A DNA stretch of 64,000 bases from Parcubacteria group bacterium LiPW_41 (GCA_007375535.1 VMEM01000001.1:103462-167461), one strand, 5' to 3'. Numbered from the stretch's first letter, positions 1 through 9,560 are shown. Numbers and translations are program-made. The notes: generated by a model from the sequence alone, not told the origin.

Positions 1-726
1 ACAATTGAACAATCAGCTATTGCTCTTGGAGGAACCGAACAGACAGTCGCACACGCATCAGACATTCTTGCTTCGCTTATGCTTCGAACAGGAACAAAAA
101 TGGTAGACGATACTTTTTCTCGTGCATTATTTAATGGGCGAGAAGGGGAAGGTGCGCTTACATTTTATACAAAATTTTCAGATCCAAAATCGAAAATATA
201 TACATGGAACCAATCAATGCCATATTCGATTGATGCCTTCGCATCAGAACAAGTTGCAATGATGATTGGATATGAACGAGACGCACAAATAATTAAAGAA
301 AAAAATCAGAATCTTAATTTTGGAGTCGCACCAATTCCACAACCAAAATCTGCAACGAAAGCGATGACTTACCCATTTTACTCTGGATATGCAATAACAA
401 AACAATCAAAACAAAAACCGATTGCGGCAGCATATTTAGTTCGGGCCACACTCGACAAGACTATCGCACAAAAATATATTGAAAAACTTGGTGGAACACC
501 AGCCCTCCTTTCTCTTATTAATGAGAATATTAGCTCTGCAGAAAAAAGTGTATTTGCTCGTCAGGCACTAGTAGCACGCGGATACCCACAAATTGATTCA
601 AAAGAGATAAAAACTATTTTCTCTGAAATGATAGAGTTGGTAATTTCTGGAACTAAAAATCCATCTGATGCGCTTGGGGAAGCACAAACAGAGGTAAATA
701 AACTTTTTGCACGAATAAAGGTATAA
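1..726 (+). CDS. C-terminal part of an extracellular solute-binding protein (ABC transporter substrate-binding, family 1-like); 5' end lies outside the window
   Basis: The reading frame is open from position 1 with no stops before the track ORF at 79..726. The C-terminal region looks like sugar-type SBP family 1. Similarity is by eye only. Confidence 0.35.
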   Translation, partial: TIEQSAIALGGTEQTVAHASDILASLMLRTGTKMVDDTFSRALFNGREGEGALTFYTKFSDPKSKIYTWNQSMPYSIDAFASEQVAMMIGYERDAQIIKEKNQNLNFGVAPIPQPKSATKAMTYPFYSGYAITKQSKQKPIAAAYLVRATLDKTIAQKYIEKLGGTPALLSLINENISSAEKSVFARQALVARGYPQIDSKEIKTIFSEMIELVISGTKNPSDALGEAQTEVNKLFARIKV

Positions 727-736
727 TACACAATAT

Positions 737-1231
737 ATGAAAGCATCTTTATTTCTCCCAATTATATTAATATTCTTTCTTTTTCTTACCCCTCTAATAT
801 CATTTGGAGCACGAACCAATCTCTCAATATTCGATGGAATAAATATTTGGCAAAACGCATCGTGTGGAGGTAGTACAATTACAGCAACCGAAGGACCAAA
901 AGGACCTTGTGGTTTTTGTGATGCCATTGTTATTGCGTCAAATGTAATGGACTACATGTTTGATCTTGTATTTTATATATTATTTCCAGTATTTTTTGCC
1001 TGGGGAGGAATCCAGTTTATGCTTTCCCAAGGAAACCCAAGCAAGGTAAAGCAGGCAAAACAAATACTCGTTAGCACTGTTATAGGGTTCATTATTGCGG
1101 CGGCTGCATGGCTCATAATGGGACTCTTTTTTCATCTCCTTTCAAGTGTTTCAAGTGGTGTGAACCCAACTCCTGAGAATGTGACTCCATCTATCAATCC
1201 ATGGAATAAAATAGACTGTGGAACAAACTAG
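737..1231 (+). CDS. VirB2/TrbC-like pilin-family membrane protein (CPR-type T4SS pilin-like), paralog 1
   Basis: Signal peptide, then two TM helices with a short charged loop (QGNPSKVKQAKQ). The architecture is shared with the next two ORFs. Confidence 0.5.
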   Translation: MKASLFLPIILIFFLFLTPLISFGARTNLSIFDGINIWQNASCGGSTITATEGPKGPCGFCDAIVIASNVMDYMFDLVFYILFPVFFAWGGIQFMLSQGNPSKVKQAKQILVSTVIGFIIAAAAWLIMGLFFHLLSSVSSGVNPTPENVTPSINPWNKIDCGTN

Positions 1232-1262
1232 ATAATTGGTTTATATTTAATACACAAACGCT

Positions 1263-1580
1263 ATGAAAAAACTTCTCCTCTCAACAATATTGTTTGTTGC
1301 CCCACTTATTTCATTTGGTGCAGTAATTGATTTTCCAAACCCACTTGGAAATGCAAGTTTTGGGGTAATTCTTTCAAAAGTTTTGGTTATTGCAATGTGG
1401 GTTGGTGGGGTCATACTCACCGTCCTAGTGGTGTGGGCAGCTTACACGCTCATGCTCTCAAAAGGAGATCCGGGAGAAATAAAAAAGGCAAAAGCAACAA
1501 TATTGTACGGTATTATAGGCTATGTTATACTTCTTTTTGCAGAGGCGATTCGCAGAATTATTGTGAATCTTCTCACATAA
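1263..1580 (+). CDS. VirB2/TrbC-like pilin-family protein, paralog 2
   Basis: Signal peptide plus two TM helices flanking a KGDPGEIKKAKA loop, a motif typical of TrbC/VirB2-like proteins in CPR T4SS loci. Confidence 0.55.
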   Translation: MKKLLLSTILFVAPLISFGAVIDFPNPLGNASFGVILSKVLVIAMWVGGVILTVLVVWAAYTLMLSKGDPGEIKKAKATILYGIIGYVILLFAEAIRRIIVNLLT

Positions 1581-1622
1581 AAGGTCGGATACTAACACAT
1601 ATTTGATACAAATCTGTTATAT

Positions 1623-1985
1623 ATGAACAAAATTTCACGAGCAGCAATTATTGGTCTTTCATTTCTTACTCCAGTACTCGCAATGGCACAAGGAGTCACG
1701 GGTGTCAGCAGCGTTCCTGGACTAATCGGAAAGGTAAATGATTTTGTAAAACTTGCAGTCTCAATTCTTTTTGTACTCGCAACCATCTTTATTATCATTG
1801 CAGCGTTTAAGTATTTGACCGGAAAAGGAGATCCAAACGAAATAAAAAAGGCACAAGCAATGATTGTATGGGCAATCGTCGCAATGGTAGTAGCACTTTT
1901 TGCATGGGCAATTCCTAAAATTGTTATAAGTTTCTTAGGAGTAACTGGAGTTGGCACTATCGACAGCACAGCAACTGGTTTCTAA
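1623..1985 (+). CDS. VirB2/TrbC-like pilin-family protein, paralog 3
   Basis: Same architecture as paralog 2; the loop is KGDPNEIKKAQA. Confidence 0.55.
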   Translation: MNKISRAAIIGLSFLTPVLAMAQGVTGVSSVPGLIGKVNDFVKLAVSILFVLATIFIIIAAFKYLTGKGDPNEIKKAQAMIVWAIVAMVVALFAWAIPKIVISFLGVTGVGTIDSTATGF

Positions 1986-1996
1986 AATTAAAAAAC

Positions 1997-2032
1997 GCCC
2001 TTGGTAACCCTGGGGTGTTTTTTATTATAAAA
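1997..2032 (+). terminator. Putative intrinsic terminator after the pilin triplet
   Basis: A short GC hairpin (cgccc...ggggtg) followed by TTTTTTATT. Stem pairing is weak and was judged by eye. Confidence 0.3.
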
Positions 2033-2075
2033 ATTTGAAAAGAAAACAAATACACACTAGAGTAGAAAGGTGTTT

Positions 2076-2157
2076 GCCGAGGTGGCGGAATTGGTATACG
2101 CGCACGGCTTAGGACCGTGTGGGGCAACCCATAGGAGTTCAAGTCTCCTCCTCGGCA
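2076..2157 (+). tRNA. tRNA-Leu (anticodon UAG), class II with long variable arm
   Basis: Acceptor GCCGAGG/CCTCGGC, anticodon stem CACGG/CCGTG with loop CTTAGGA, 13-nt variable arm, T-arm AGGAG-TTCAAGT-CTCCT, discriminator A. Cloverleaf folded by eye. Confidence 0.8.
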
Positions 2158-2165
2158 CAAAATTA

Positions 2166-3482
2166 ATGGAATTATCAGAAAAAAAAACTCGTTTTATACT
2201 TTTTGGAATTTTATTATTGAGTATTGTTTTGCATACATGGCGACTCCCAATCCCAAGTCGAGCAGTATTTGATGAGGCACACTATGCAACATATGCAGGA
2301 AATTATCGCACTCACACTCCCTTTTTTGATATTCACCCACCACTTGGAAAATTTATATACTCTATCCCGCTCTATGCATATCCAGAAAAATATTCATCAG
2401 ACGCACACTATATAGAATTTATAAACAAAGGAATAATTGTAGAATATAATGAAAAAAATCGGGTGTTTTCAAATTTTCCATATATACCACTTAGAACAAT
2501 GAGTGGTTTTTTTGGAACGCTTTTGGTTCTTTCTATTTTTCTTTTTATAAAAGAACTCACAAAAAATAATATTATTGCACTCTTTTCTGCTTTTTTTATA
2601 ACACTTGAAAATGCGCTTCTCATTGAAACACGTTTTATTTTTCTTGATGGAATTTTTCTAACCTTTTCTTTTTTTGCTTTGTGGCAGTTCTTAAAACAAA
2701 AGGATTCTGGAATTTATTCAGGAATTCTTTGGGGGTGTGCACTCGCAACAAAGCTTGTTGGAATTATTTTCCTTCCTTTTGTTTTATTCCAAAAAATAGA
2801 CTGGTGGAAAAAATGGAAGTTTATAACAGTAGGATTTTTCACCCTTGGAATCCTCTGGGTTGGAATTCAGTGGTATTCTTTTCCCACAGCTCAATGGTAT
2901 GAATTCACAAAATCAATAAATAATGATTTTGCTGAAACAATACCAAAAATATCAAACAAATTATTACCAACAGAAAATCTCGCATTAAAAACTTATCTTT
3001 TATTAAGCGAACTTTCTTGGTCTACCCCAGGATATACAACACTAAAAGGACACAACCAATCAGAGAGTAAGTGGTACGAGTGGCCTTTTATGATTGGATC
3101 ATTTTGTTATAGCGAACCCGCATTTCCATTTTGTTTAATTGGAAACCCAGCATTATGGGGATTTGGATTTTTTTCAATTATTTGGACTTTGTTTTATATG
3201 ATTATTAAAAAATTAAGGGAACAAAAAGTAGACACAATAATCACAACTCTTCTCTTTGGATATTTTTCTACACTCCTTCCTTTCGCAATAATCCCTCGAT
3301 ACGCGCTAATTTGGCAATACTTTTCTTCACTTATTTTTTCTCTGTGTTTAGCAGCATATTGGATAGTTACTTACACTAATACATTAGAAAAAAAATATCG
3401 CATAGCTTCATATGCAATACTAATTTTTATTGTGTGTGTTGGATTTCTTGTTGTTTCTCCAACAACATTTGGAATTCGATAA
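2166..3482 (+). CDS. Glycosyltransferase family 39 (PMT / ArnT-like dolichyl-phosphate-mannose protein mannosyltransferase family), polytopic membrane protein
   Basis: The FDEAHY (DE loop-1 motif) and HPPLGK motifs match the PMT/GT39 family. The track ORF starts at 2070 and overlaps the tRNA, so I trimmed it to the first ATG after the tRNA (MELSEKK). Confidence 0.6.
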   Translation: MELSEKKTRFILFGILLLSIVLHTWRLPIPSRAVFDEAHYATYAGNYRTHTPFFDIHPPLGKFIYSIPLYAYPEKYSSDAHYIEFINKGIIVEYNEKNRVFSNFPYIPLRTMSGFFGTLLVLSIFLFIKELTKNNIIALFSAFFITLENALLIETRFIFLDGIFLTFSFFALWQFLKQKDSGIYSGILWGCALATKLVGIIFLPFVLFQKIDWWKKWKFITVGFFTLGILWVGIQWYSFPTAQWYEFTKSINNDFAETIPKISNKLLPTENLALKTYLLLSELSWSTPGYTTLKGHNQSESKWYEWPFMIGSFCYSEPAFPFCLIGNPALWGFGFFSIIWTLFYMIIKKLREQKVDTIITTLLFGYFSTLLPFAIIPRYALIWQYFSSLIFSLCLAAYWIVTYTNTLEKKYRIASYAILIFIVCVGFLVVSPTTFGIR

Positions 3483-4379
3483 TTATTTTTTTCTTTTTCT
3501 TCCGTGAAATGCTTCGTGAACCTCATGAAGCTCTTTATTGGTAAGATGTGTATATACTTGTGTTGTTGCAATATTTGCGTGACCCAACATCTCTTGTACT
3601 GAACGAAGATCGGCGCCATTAACCAATAAATCAGTAGCAAACGAATGGCGTAATTGGTGTGGGTGAACCTTTTTTGATATACCCGCTTTTCGCGCATAAA
3701 AATCAACCAGTCGTTGTACCGCTCGAGGGATAATTCGTCCAGTAACATTTCCCGATTTTGAAAGCGAGATAAAAAGTGCCTCTTCAGTATCTCCACGTTT
3801 ATCAAGATATTCCTTTAAATTCTTTTTTGCAGAATCAGAAATAAATACCACACGTAGTTTTTCTCCTTTTCCTCGAACCGAAAACTCTCCACGACTAATA
3901 TCAATATATCGATTCAACGAACACAACTCAGAAACACGAAGTCCTGTAGAAAACAACATTTCCAAAATTGCTCGATCGCGAAGTATACGCAATGATGTTC
4001 CTTCGGGGGCCTTTAGTAATCGCTCAAGCTCCGCATAATCCAAAACCTCAATATCTCTTCGCGCAATTTTAGGAAGCTCGATTGTTTCAGGGGATAACGC
4101 TTTTATGCCACGCTTGATGCAATATTTTAGAAGATTTCGAATTGCAATAACATAATAGCTTTGGGTTACTTTTTTTGTATTCTCCCGCGAAAGCTGTACT
4201 CGAAACCCTCGCACTGATGTGTCGGTAATATCAGAAATATTTTTTATCTCCTGATCTCGCAAAAAACGAGAAAGATACCGCTCATAGTTTTCTCTTGTTT
4301 TTGGCGAACGGTTTTTTTCAATCTCAAGATAGTCAAGATATTCTTTTACAATTTTCTCTGCCTCAGTCATTACTATCAT
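3483..4379 (-). CDS. xerC: Tyrosine recombinase XerC/XerD family
   Basis: N-terminal SAM-like domain. C-terminal catalytic region has HQLRHSFAT...LGH...Y, the RHRY tyrosine recombinase signature. Confidence 0.8.
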   Translation of the reverse strand: MIVMTEAEKIVKEYLDYLEIEKNRSPKTRENYERYLSRFLRDQEIKNISDITDTSVRGFRVQLSRENTKKVTQSYYVIAIRNLLKYCIKRGIKALSPETIELPKIARRDIEVLDYAELERLLKAPEGTSLRILRDRAILEMLFSTGLRVSELCSLNRYIDISRGEFSVRGKGEKLRVVFISDSAKKNLKEYLDKRGDTEEALFISLSKSGNVTGRIIPRAVQRLVDFYARKAGISKKVHPHQLRHSFATDLLVNGADLRSVQEMLGHANIATTQVYTHLTNKELHEVHEAFHGRKRKK

Positions 4380-4635
4380 TGTACTCCAAAAATATTGTGC
4401 GACAAATCAAACTAAGAACCATTGTGTTTTGTTGCTTCTTTCCTTAATTTTGTACCTCACTAAATCCTAAAATTTGTACAAAAAGTGACCTATAACCTCA
4501 GTAAATCACACCATTCACCACACAAAGTGAATAAATCCTCCATTTTTAGAGACTAAATCTCTAAAGTCTCCAAAAAAGGAGGATTTATGAGCAAAAAATT
4601 GACATATTTACTCATTCGTAGTAACATAGCATCAT

Positions 4636-4902
4636 ATGCTTACGAAGAGGAAAAAGCAGACAGCAATAAAAGATTTTCAGGTACACGACACCGATACCGG
4701 TTCAGCAGAAGTACAGATTGGACTTCTTACCAAACAAATTAAAGCACTTGCTGATCACCTAAAGAAAAATTCAAAAGATCATCACTCACGTCGCGGACTT
4801 CTTATGATGGTTGGAAAGCGACGCCGTTTTTTGCAATATCTTAAGCGAACTGATGAGAAGAAATATGATAAACTCGCCAAGAAACTTGAACTCGAAGCGT
4901 AA
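4636..4902 (+). CDS. rpsO: 30S ribosomal protein S15
   Basis: GSAEVQIGLLT...DHHSRRGLLMMVGKRRRFLQYLKR is the canonical S15 sequence. Conserved synteny with pnp downstream. Confidence 0.95.
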   Translation: MLTKRKKQTAIKDFQVHDTDTGSAEVQIGLLTKQIKALADHLKKNSKDHHSRRGLLMMVGKRRRFLQYLKRTDEKKYDKLAKKLELEA

Positions 4903-5467
4903 TACTAGTACAAACACAGAAAATCCCGTATTCCTACATCAGAGAATCGGGATTTTTATTGATGCTCAAAATATTTATCATTCAGCAAAACATCTTTACC
5001 ACTCCCGCGTAAATTTTTCTGAACTAGTAAAATTTTTAACAGGAAACCGGACGCTTGCTCGTGCAGTTGCGTACGTTGCGAAAAGCGATCCAAATACTGG
5101 AGAAGAATCATTTTTTGACGCATTACGAAAATCAGGATTTGAATTACGAATGAAAGATCTTCAGATTTTTTCTGATGGATCAAAAAAAGCTGACTGGGAT
5201 GTTGGGATGGCAGTGGACGCAATCCGTATGGCCCAATCACTTGATGTAATTATTTTAGTAACAGGGGATGGTGATTTCATTCCACTTGTTGAATATCTCC
5301 AGGTCGGGTTAGGAAAACGGGTAGAGGTCGCAGGATTTTCAAAAACAACATCGGGACAACTAAAAGAAGTGGTTGATAGGGTTATCGAACTCGAAAATAT
5401 ACCAAAAATACTTCTTTCAATACATACACGACAAACAAAGCGCAAAGGGAAAAAACAAAATAATTAA
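4865..5467 (+). CDS. NYN-domain (LabA-like, PF01936-type) predicted RNA-binding/nuclease protein
   Basis: IGIFIDAQNIY...DVGMAVDAI...ILVTGDGDFIPLV are NYN/LabA motifs. The track ORF starts at 4811 inside rpsO; the first in-frame ATG after that is 4865 (MINS...), still overlapping the rpsO 3' end. Start is uncertain. Confidence 0.55.
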   Translation: MINSPRNLNSKRNTSTNTENPVFLHQRIGIFIDAQNIYHSAKHLYHSRVNFSELVKFLTGNRTLARAVAYVAKSDPNTGEESFFDALRKSGFELRMKDLQIFSDGSKKADWDVGMAVDAIRMAQSLDVIILVTGDGDFIPLVEYLQVGLGKRVEVAGFSKTTSGQLKEVVDRVIELENIPKILLSIHTRQTKRKGKKQNN

Positions 5468-5469
5468 AA

Positions 5470-5492
5470 AGCGAGTCTCTCGCTTTTTTTTT
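5470..5492 (+). terminator. Rho-independent terminator
   Basis: AGCGAG-tct-CTCGCT hairpin followed by T9. Confidence 0.7.
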
Positions 5493-5516
5493 AACTTTCG
5501 AGTATTCTAACACAGT

Positions 5517-7574
5517 ATGAATTTAGAGAAAAAACAATTTCAAACAACGCTCCGAGGCACACCCGTGACGATCGAGGTGTCACGTCTTGCGGGGCAAGCA
5601 AATGCTGCGGTAATTGGTCGCCTTGGTGACACCACAGTTCTTGCAACAGTCGTGATGGGAAAGAAAGATACTGCATTAGACTACTTTCCACTTTCAGTTG
5701 ATTACGAGGAGCGATTTTACGCTTCAGGAAAAATCTTAGGAAGCCGTTTTGTTCGAAGAGAAGGAAAACCATCTGATGATGCTATTCTTTCTGGGCGACT
5801 TATTGACCGAACTATTCGCCCACTCTTTGATGCACGCCTTAGAAGAGAGGTTCAAATTACTATTACCGTTCTAACCTATGACGAGAACAACGATCCAGAA
5901 GAGATCGGACTTCTCTCTGCCTCTACCGCACTTTTAATTTCCGACATTCCTTGGGGGGGGCCAGTTGCAGGAATAAAACAAGAAATAAAAGAAATAGGAG
6001 ATGGAAAAACATATTCATCATTCTTTTCTGGTACAAAAGACTTTATCAACATGATTGAGTTTTCAGGAAAAGAAATTGAAAAAGCAACACTCAAAAAAGT
6101 GTTTATTGACTCACACGAAGAAATTAAAAAACTTGTTTCATTCCAAGAGGGGATCGCAAAAGAAATCGGAAAGGAAAAAGCAGATGTAATGATTCCAGAA
6201 CCAAGCGATGAAGCAAAAAATATGATCCGCACATTTTTACGCGGAAAAATCGAAGACGCACTTCGTACGCGTGGAGTTGAACAATTAAAGAATGACATGT
6301 TTGAGTATCTTCGTACACAAGAAAACTCCGACGAAGCATTACGATATGGAGAATTTCTTTTTGAAGCAGATGTTGACGCATTCGTTCATGACTATGCACT
6401 TAAAGAAGGAAAGCGCGTAGACGGAAGGAGATTTGATGAAATTCGTGATCTTCTTGCTGATGTAAAAATTCTTTCCCGCATGCACGGTTCAGGACTTTTT
6501 ATTCGTGGAGAAACTCAGGTGCTTGCGGTAGCAACACTTGCCGGCCCCTCACAAGAGCAGTTAATTGAAACAATGGAGGGAGTAACAAAAAAGCGATTCA
6601 TGTTGCATTATAATTTCCCAAAGTACTCAACTGGAGAGGTTGGAAGAGCACGAAGTCTTGGGCGTAGAGAAATTGGACATGGAGCACTCGCCTCAAAAGC
6701 AATTGAGCAGGTAATCCCATCAAAAGAAGAATTTCCATATACTATTCGCGTAGTTGCCGAAACACTTTCTTCAAACGGATCATCATCGATGGCAACAACA
6801 TGTGCTACAACACTTGCACTCATGGATGCTGGAGTTCCAATAAAGAAACCAGTTGCAGGTATCGCAATCGGACTTATGACTGGAGAAAAAGGCGAGTATA
6901 AAATACTCACTGACATCCAAGGTCCAGAAGATCATTACGGTGATATGGACTTCAAAGTAACCGGAACGGACGAAGGAGTTACTGCAGTACAAATGGATGT
7001 AAAAATTGGTGGTATTAATCCAGAAATTTTTGAAAACGCAATTAATGCGGCTGAAAAAGCACGATTTCAAATTCTCGAAGTTATGGGGAAAATATTGAAT
7101 ACTTCACGAAAAGAGCTTTCTCCATACGCACCGCTTATTAAAACCCTTTCAATAAACCCAGAAAAAATTGGTTTGGTGATTGGACCAGGAGGAAAAACAA
7201 TAAACGGAATTGTTGCAAAGTGTGGAGGAAATATTGCAATTGATATTGATGAAGACGGAACAGTGTTTGTTTCTGGTATAGATCATGCGGGAGTATTAAA
7301 AGGATTTGATGAGGTTCAGGCGCTTACCAGAGAATATAAAGTGGGGGACATTGTAGAAGGTCCGATCGTAAGAGTTCTTGAATTTGGCGCAATTGTTGAT
7401 CTTGGTGGAGGACAAGATGGAATGGTGCACGTTTCTGAGCTTAAAGAAGGTTTTGTGAAAAAAGTTGAGGACGTGGTAAAACTTGGAGACAGAATCACTG
7501 CAAAAATAATACGTGCAGACGAAGGGAAAATTGGTCTTTCAATGAAAGCAATGAAAGACTTACAAATAAAATAA
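5517..7574 (+). CDS. pnp: Polynucleotide phosphorylase (polyribonucleotide nucleotidyltransferase)
   Basis: Two RNase PH domains plus KH and S1 domains at the C-terminus, 685 aa, directly downstream of rpsO. Confidence 0.95.
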   Translation: MNLEKKQFQTTLRGTPVTIEVSRLAGQANAAVIGRLGDTTVLATVVMGKKDTALDYFPLSVDYEERFYASGKILGSRFVRREGKPSDDAILSGRLIDRTIRPLFDARLRREVQITITVLTYDENNDPEEIGLLSASTALLISDIPWGGPVAGIKQEIKEIGDGKTYSSFFSGTKDFINMIEFSGKEIEKATLKKVFIDSHEEIKKLVSFQEGIAKEIGKEKADVMIPEPSDEAKNMIRTFLRGKIEDALRTRGVEQLKNDMFEYLRTQENSDEALRYGEFLFEADVDAFVHDYALKEGKRVDGRRFDEIRDLLADVKILSRMHGSGLFIRGETQVLAVATLAGPSQEQLIETMEGVTKKRFMLHYNFPKYSTGEVGRARSLGRREIGHGALASKAIEQVIPSKEEFPYTIRVVAETLSSNGSSSMATTCATTLALMDAGVPIKKPVAGIAIGLMTGEKGEYKILTDIQGPEDHYGDMDFKVTGTDEGVTAVQMDVKIGGINPEIFENAINAAEKARFQILEVMGKILNTSRKELSPYAPLIKTLSINPEKIGLVIGPGGKTINGIVAKCGGNIAIDIDEDGTVFVSGIDHAGVLKGFDEVQALTREYKVGDIVEGPIVRVLEFGAIVDLGGGQDGMVHVSELKEGFVKKVEDVVKLGDRITAKIIRADEGKIGLSMKAMKDLQIK

Positions 7575-7588
7575 TCTTCTTCTTAAAT

Positions 7589-7617
7589 ACCGCCCTCACA
7601 GGGGGCGGTATTTATTT
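7589..7617 (+). terminator. Rho-independent terminator after pnp
   Basis: ACCGCCC-tcacagg-GGGCGGT hairpin followed by ATTTATTT. Confidence 0.7.
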
Positions 7618-7695
7618 AGTTTTTTAGTTGTAAGCTATAGGGTATTTGTTGCGACGCTTTGCTTGTAACCGCACTCGTTTGCTATACTTTAATTA

Positions 7696-8769
7696 ATGGC
7701 AGATTATCAATTTCCGGGTCAAAATCAGTGGTCGGAAAAACCAGTAATTGGAGCTGGCGAAGGAGAATCACCGCTTGTACCCGCACCGCAAAATGAAATT
7801 ACGATGCGAACAATGGCGTCTGATGTTGCTTCGATGAAAGAAATGGGAGGCGGCGACCCGCGCCCTTATGTTCCAAGCGCTACACCAATTTCACAAACAC
7901 CACCAACTCCAAAACCACCGGAACCACAAACGAAAGTAAATCCAGTTATTAACCCAATGCAAACCACGGAAATTCCAGTAATTCCACTTCCTCCTCAAAA
8001 AAGTGGGAGTGCGTTTGTTATTATTGCAGTAATCCTTATTGTATTAGGATTGGGAGCAATCGGATATTTCTATGTTTATCCTAAATTTATTTCAAGTGAA
8101 ACAGTAGAGGTTGTGGAAGAACAGACAACAGAAGAGATCACAGCTCCACAAGAAGTAATAACAGAAGCAACAACGACTGCAACAACAACAGTGGAAGTTC
8201 CTCCTATATCAGGGCTTGGAAGTCACATCTCCTTATTTAAAACAGCAGCAGATTTCTCCTCTGAGACAACTCTCGCTGTGGAGACAATAGCCGCAATAAA
8301 GGATGCTTGGAAAGGAACAACAGTGGAAGTTCCAGTGTTTAAAGAAACAGTCTTTAAGAGCACAGACGGGAAAATACTTGGACAATCAAAACTTGTACCA
8401 CTCTTTCTTCCGTCGTTCATCACCACATCTTCATCTCAATTGTTCGAAGAAGATTTCACTTTGTTCACCTATACAGATCAAAAAGGTGTTTGGCCAGGAA
8501 TAATTCTTAAAGCAAAAACAGAAACGCTAGAAAAAGCAAAAGAAGAGGCAAAAAAGATAGAATCAAATTTGGAATGGCGCTCACTCTTTATCATTGATCC
8601 AGGAAAAGAACAAACATGGAAAGATGGGAAGGTTGGAAACACAGCCGCTCGATATATTTCCTTTACAACAAAAGGAAACGCACTAAGCTATACATGGTTT
8701 GATAACACACTTCTTATAAGCACAAATTACCAGGGTGCTCAGGACGCAGCAAAGAAGCTTGGCTTCTAA
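7696..8769 (+). CDS. Hypothetical membrane-anchored protein with Pro/Thr-rich N-terminal region and single TM helix
   Basis: ORF with PTPKPPEPQT low-complexity, one hydrophobic helix (AFVIIAVILIVLGLGAIGYFYV). No recognisable domain. Confidence 0.4.
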   Translation: MADYQFPGQNQWSEKPVIGAGEGESPLVPAPQNEITMRTMASDVASMKEMGGGDPRPYVPSATPISQTPPTPKPPEPQTKVNPVINPMQTTEIPVIPLPPQKSGSAFVIIAVILIVLGLGAIGYFYVYPKFISSETVEVVEEQTTEEITAPQEVITEATTTATTTVEVPPISGLGSHISLFKTAADFSSETTLAVETIAAIKDAWKGTTVEVPVFKETVFKSTDGKILGQSKLVPLFLPSFITTSSSQLFEEDFTLFTYTDQKGVWPGIILKAKTETLEKAKEEAKKIESNLEWRSLFIIDPGKEQTWKDGKVGNTAARYISFTTKGNALSYTWFDNTLLISTNYQGAQDAAKKLGF

Positions 8770-8776
8770 TAGTTCT

Positions 8777-9520
8777 ATGCGCGACGCGCATCTAGAGTGG
8801 AATTCAATCGCCGCGGAATACGATATGAAAATCGTACGCGGTGATTTTTTTAGAAATGAGATTCTCGATAAGGCGCTAATACAAAACATTGGAGAAATAA
8901 AAAACAAGACGCTCCTTGATCTTGGTTGTGGCCAAGGATATTTATCAAAAATAATTACATCAGAAGGAACTAATATAATCGGGATAGATATATCAGAAAA
9001 TTTAATTGAGATCGCAAACAAGCGATATAAAAAAGAGGGGACCTCATTTGTTGTTGGAAATATCGAAGAAAAACTACCGTTTGAAGACAACGCTTTTGAT
9101 ACAACCATTTCAAATATGGTCTTTATGGATATAGAAAACCCAAAAAAAACAATAAAAGAAATTGTTCGCGTTACCAAGAATGGGGGAACTTTTATTTTCT
9201 CAGTGCTTCATCCAATATTCACCAGTGGCATCATTCACAAACCAATAAAAGATTTTCTTTTGCATAAACCACCATCATTCCTAATAAGCAATTATAAAAA
9301 AGAGAAACAAATGATGTGGAATATACTTAACACAACAAAGAAAACCACCGTCTACCACAGACCAATAGAATTTTATATACAACTCCTCCTTGATCAAAAC
9401 ATATCACTTTTAGGAATTGAGGAGTTAACACTTCCAGAAAAGCACAACGAAAACGGTTTTCAAACAATGCTTCACTCAATACCTATGTTCCTCATGGTAA
9501 AAGGAATTATCAACAAATGA
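8777..9520 (+). CDS. Class I SAM-dependent methyltransferase (Methyltransf_11/25-like)
   Basis: LLDLGCGQGYLS (motif I) ... IGIDISE ... FDTTISNMVFMDIEN. Start set at ATG 8777 to avoid overlap with the upstream ORF. Confidence 0.6.
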   Translation: MRDAHLEWNSIAAEYDMKIVRGDFFRNEILDKALIQNIGEIKNKTLLDLGCGQGYLSKIITSEGTNIIGIDISENLIEIANKRYKKEGTSFVVGNIEEKLPFEDNAFDTTISNMVFMDIENPKKTIKEIVRVTKNGGTFIFSVLHPIFTSGIIHKPIKDFLLHKPPSFLISNYKKEKQMMWNILNTTKKTTVYHRPIEFYIQLLLDQNISLLGIEELTLPEKHNENGFQTMLHSIPMFLMVKGIINK

Positions 9521-9560
9521 GAAATTTGCAATTAATAGTGAGACGCGTTATTTTAAACGT

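Noticed and set aside
2070-2165. N-terminal 32-codon extension of the GT39 ORF (MFAEVAELVYAHGLGP...)
   Set aside because: It is simply the tRNA-Leu sequence translated. The real start is the ATG at 2166.
3483-4379. XerC-like recombinase next to tRNA-Leu as evidence of an integrated element
   Set aside because: The protein looks like a chromosomal XerC/XerD (dimer resolution) rather than a phage integrase. No direct repeats of the tRNA-Leu 3' end were found nearby.
4587-4740. Short ORF starting at an ATG with a good SD (AAGGAGG) upstream of rpsO
   Set aside because: It is out of frame with rpsO and overlaps it. It is more likely part of the structured rpsO leader than a gene, although its SD/ATG may take part in regulation.
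5876-6399. Two minus-strand ORFs (140 and 91 aa)
   Set aside because: Both are antisense shadow ORFs inside pnp.
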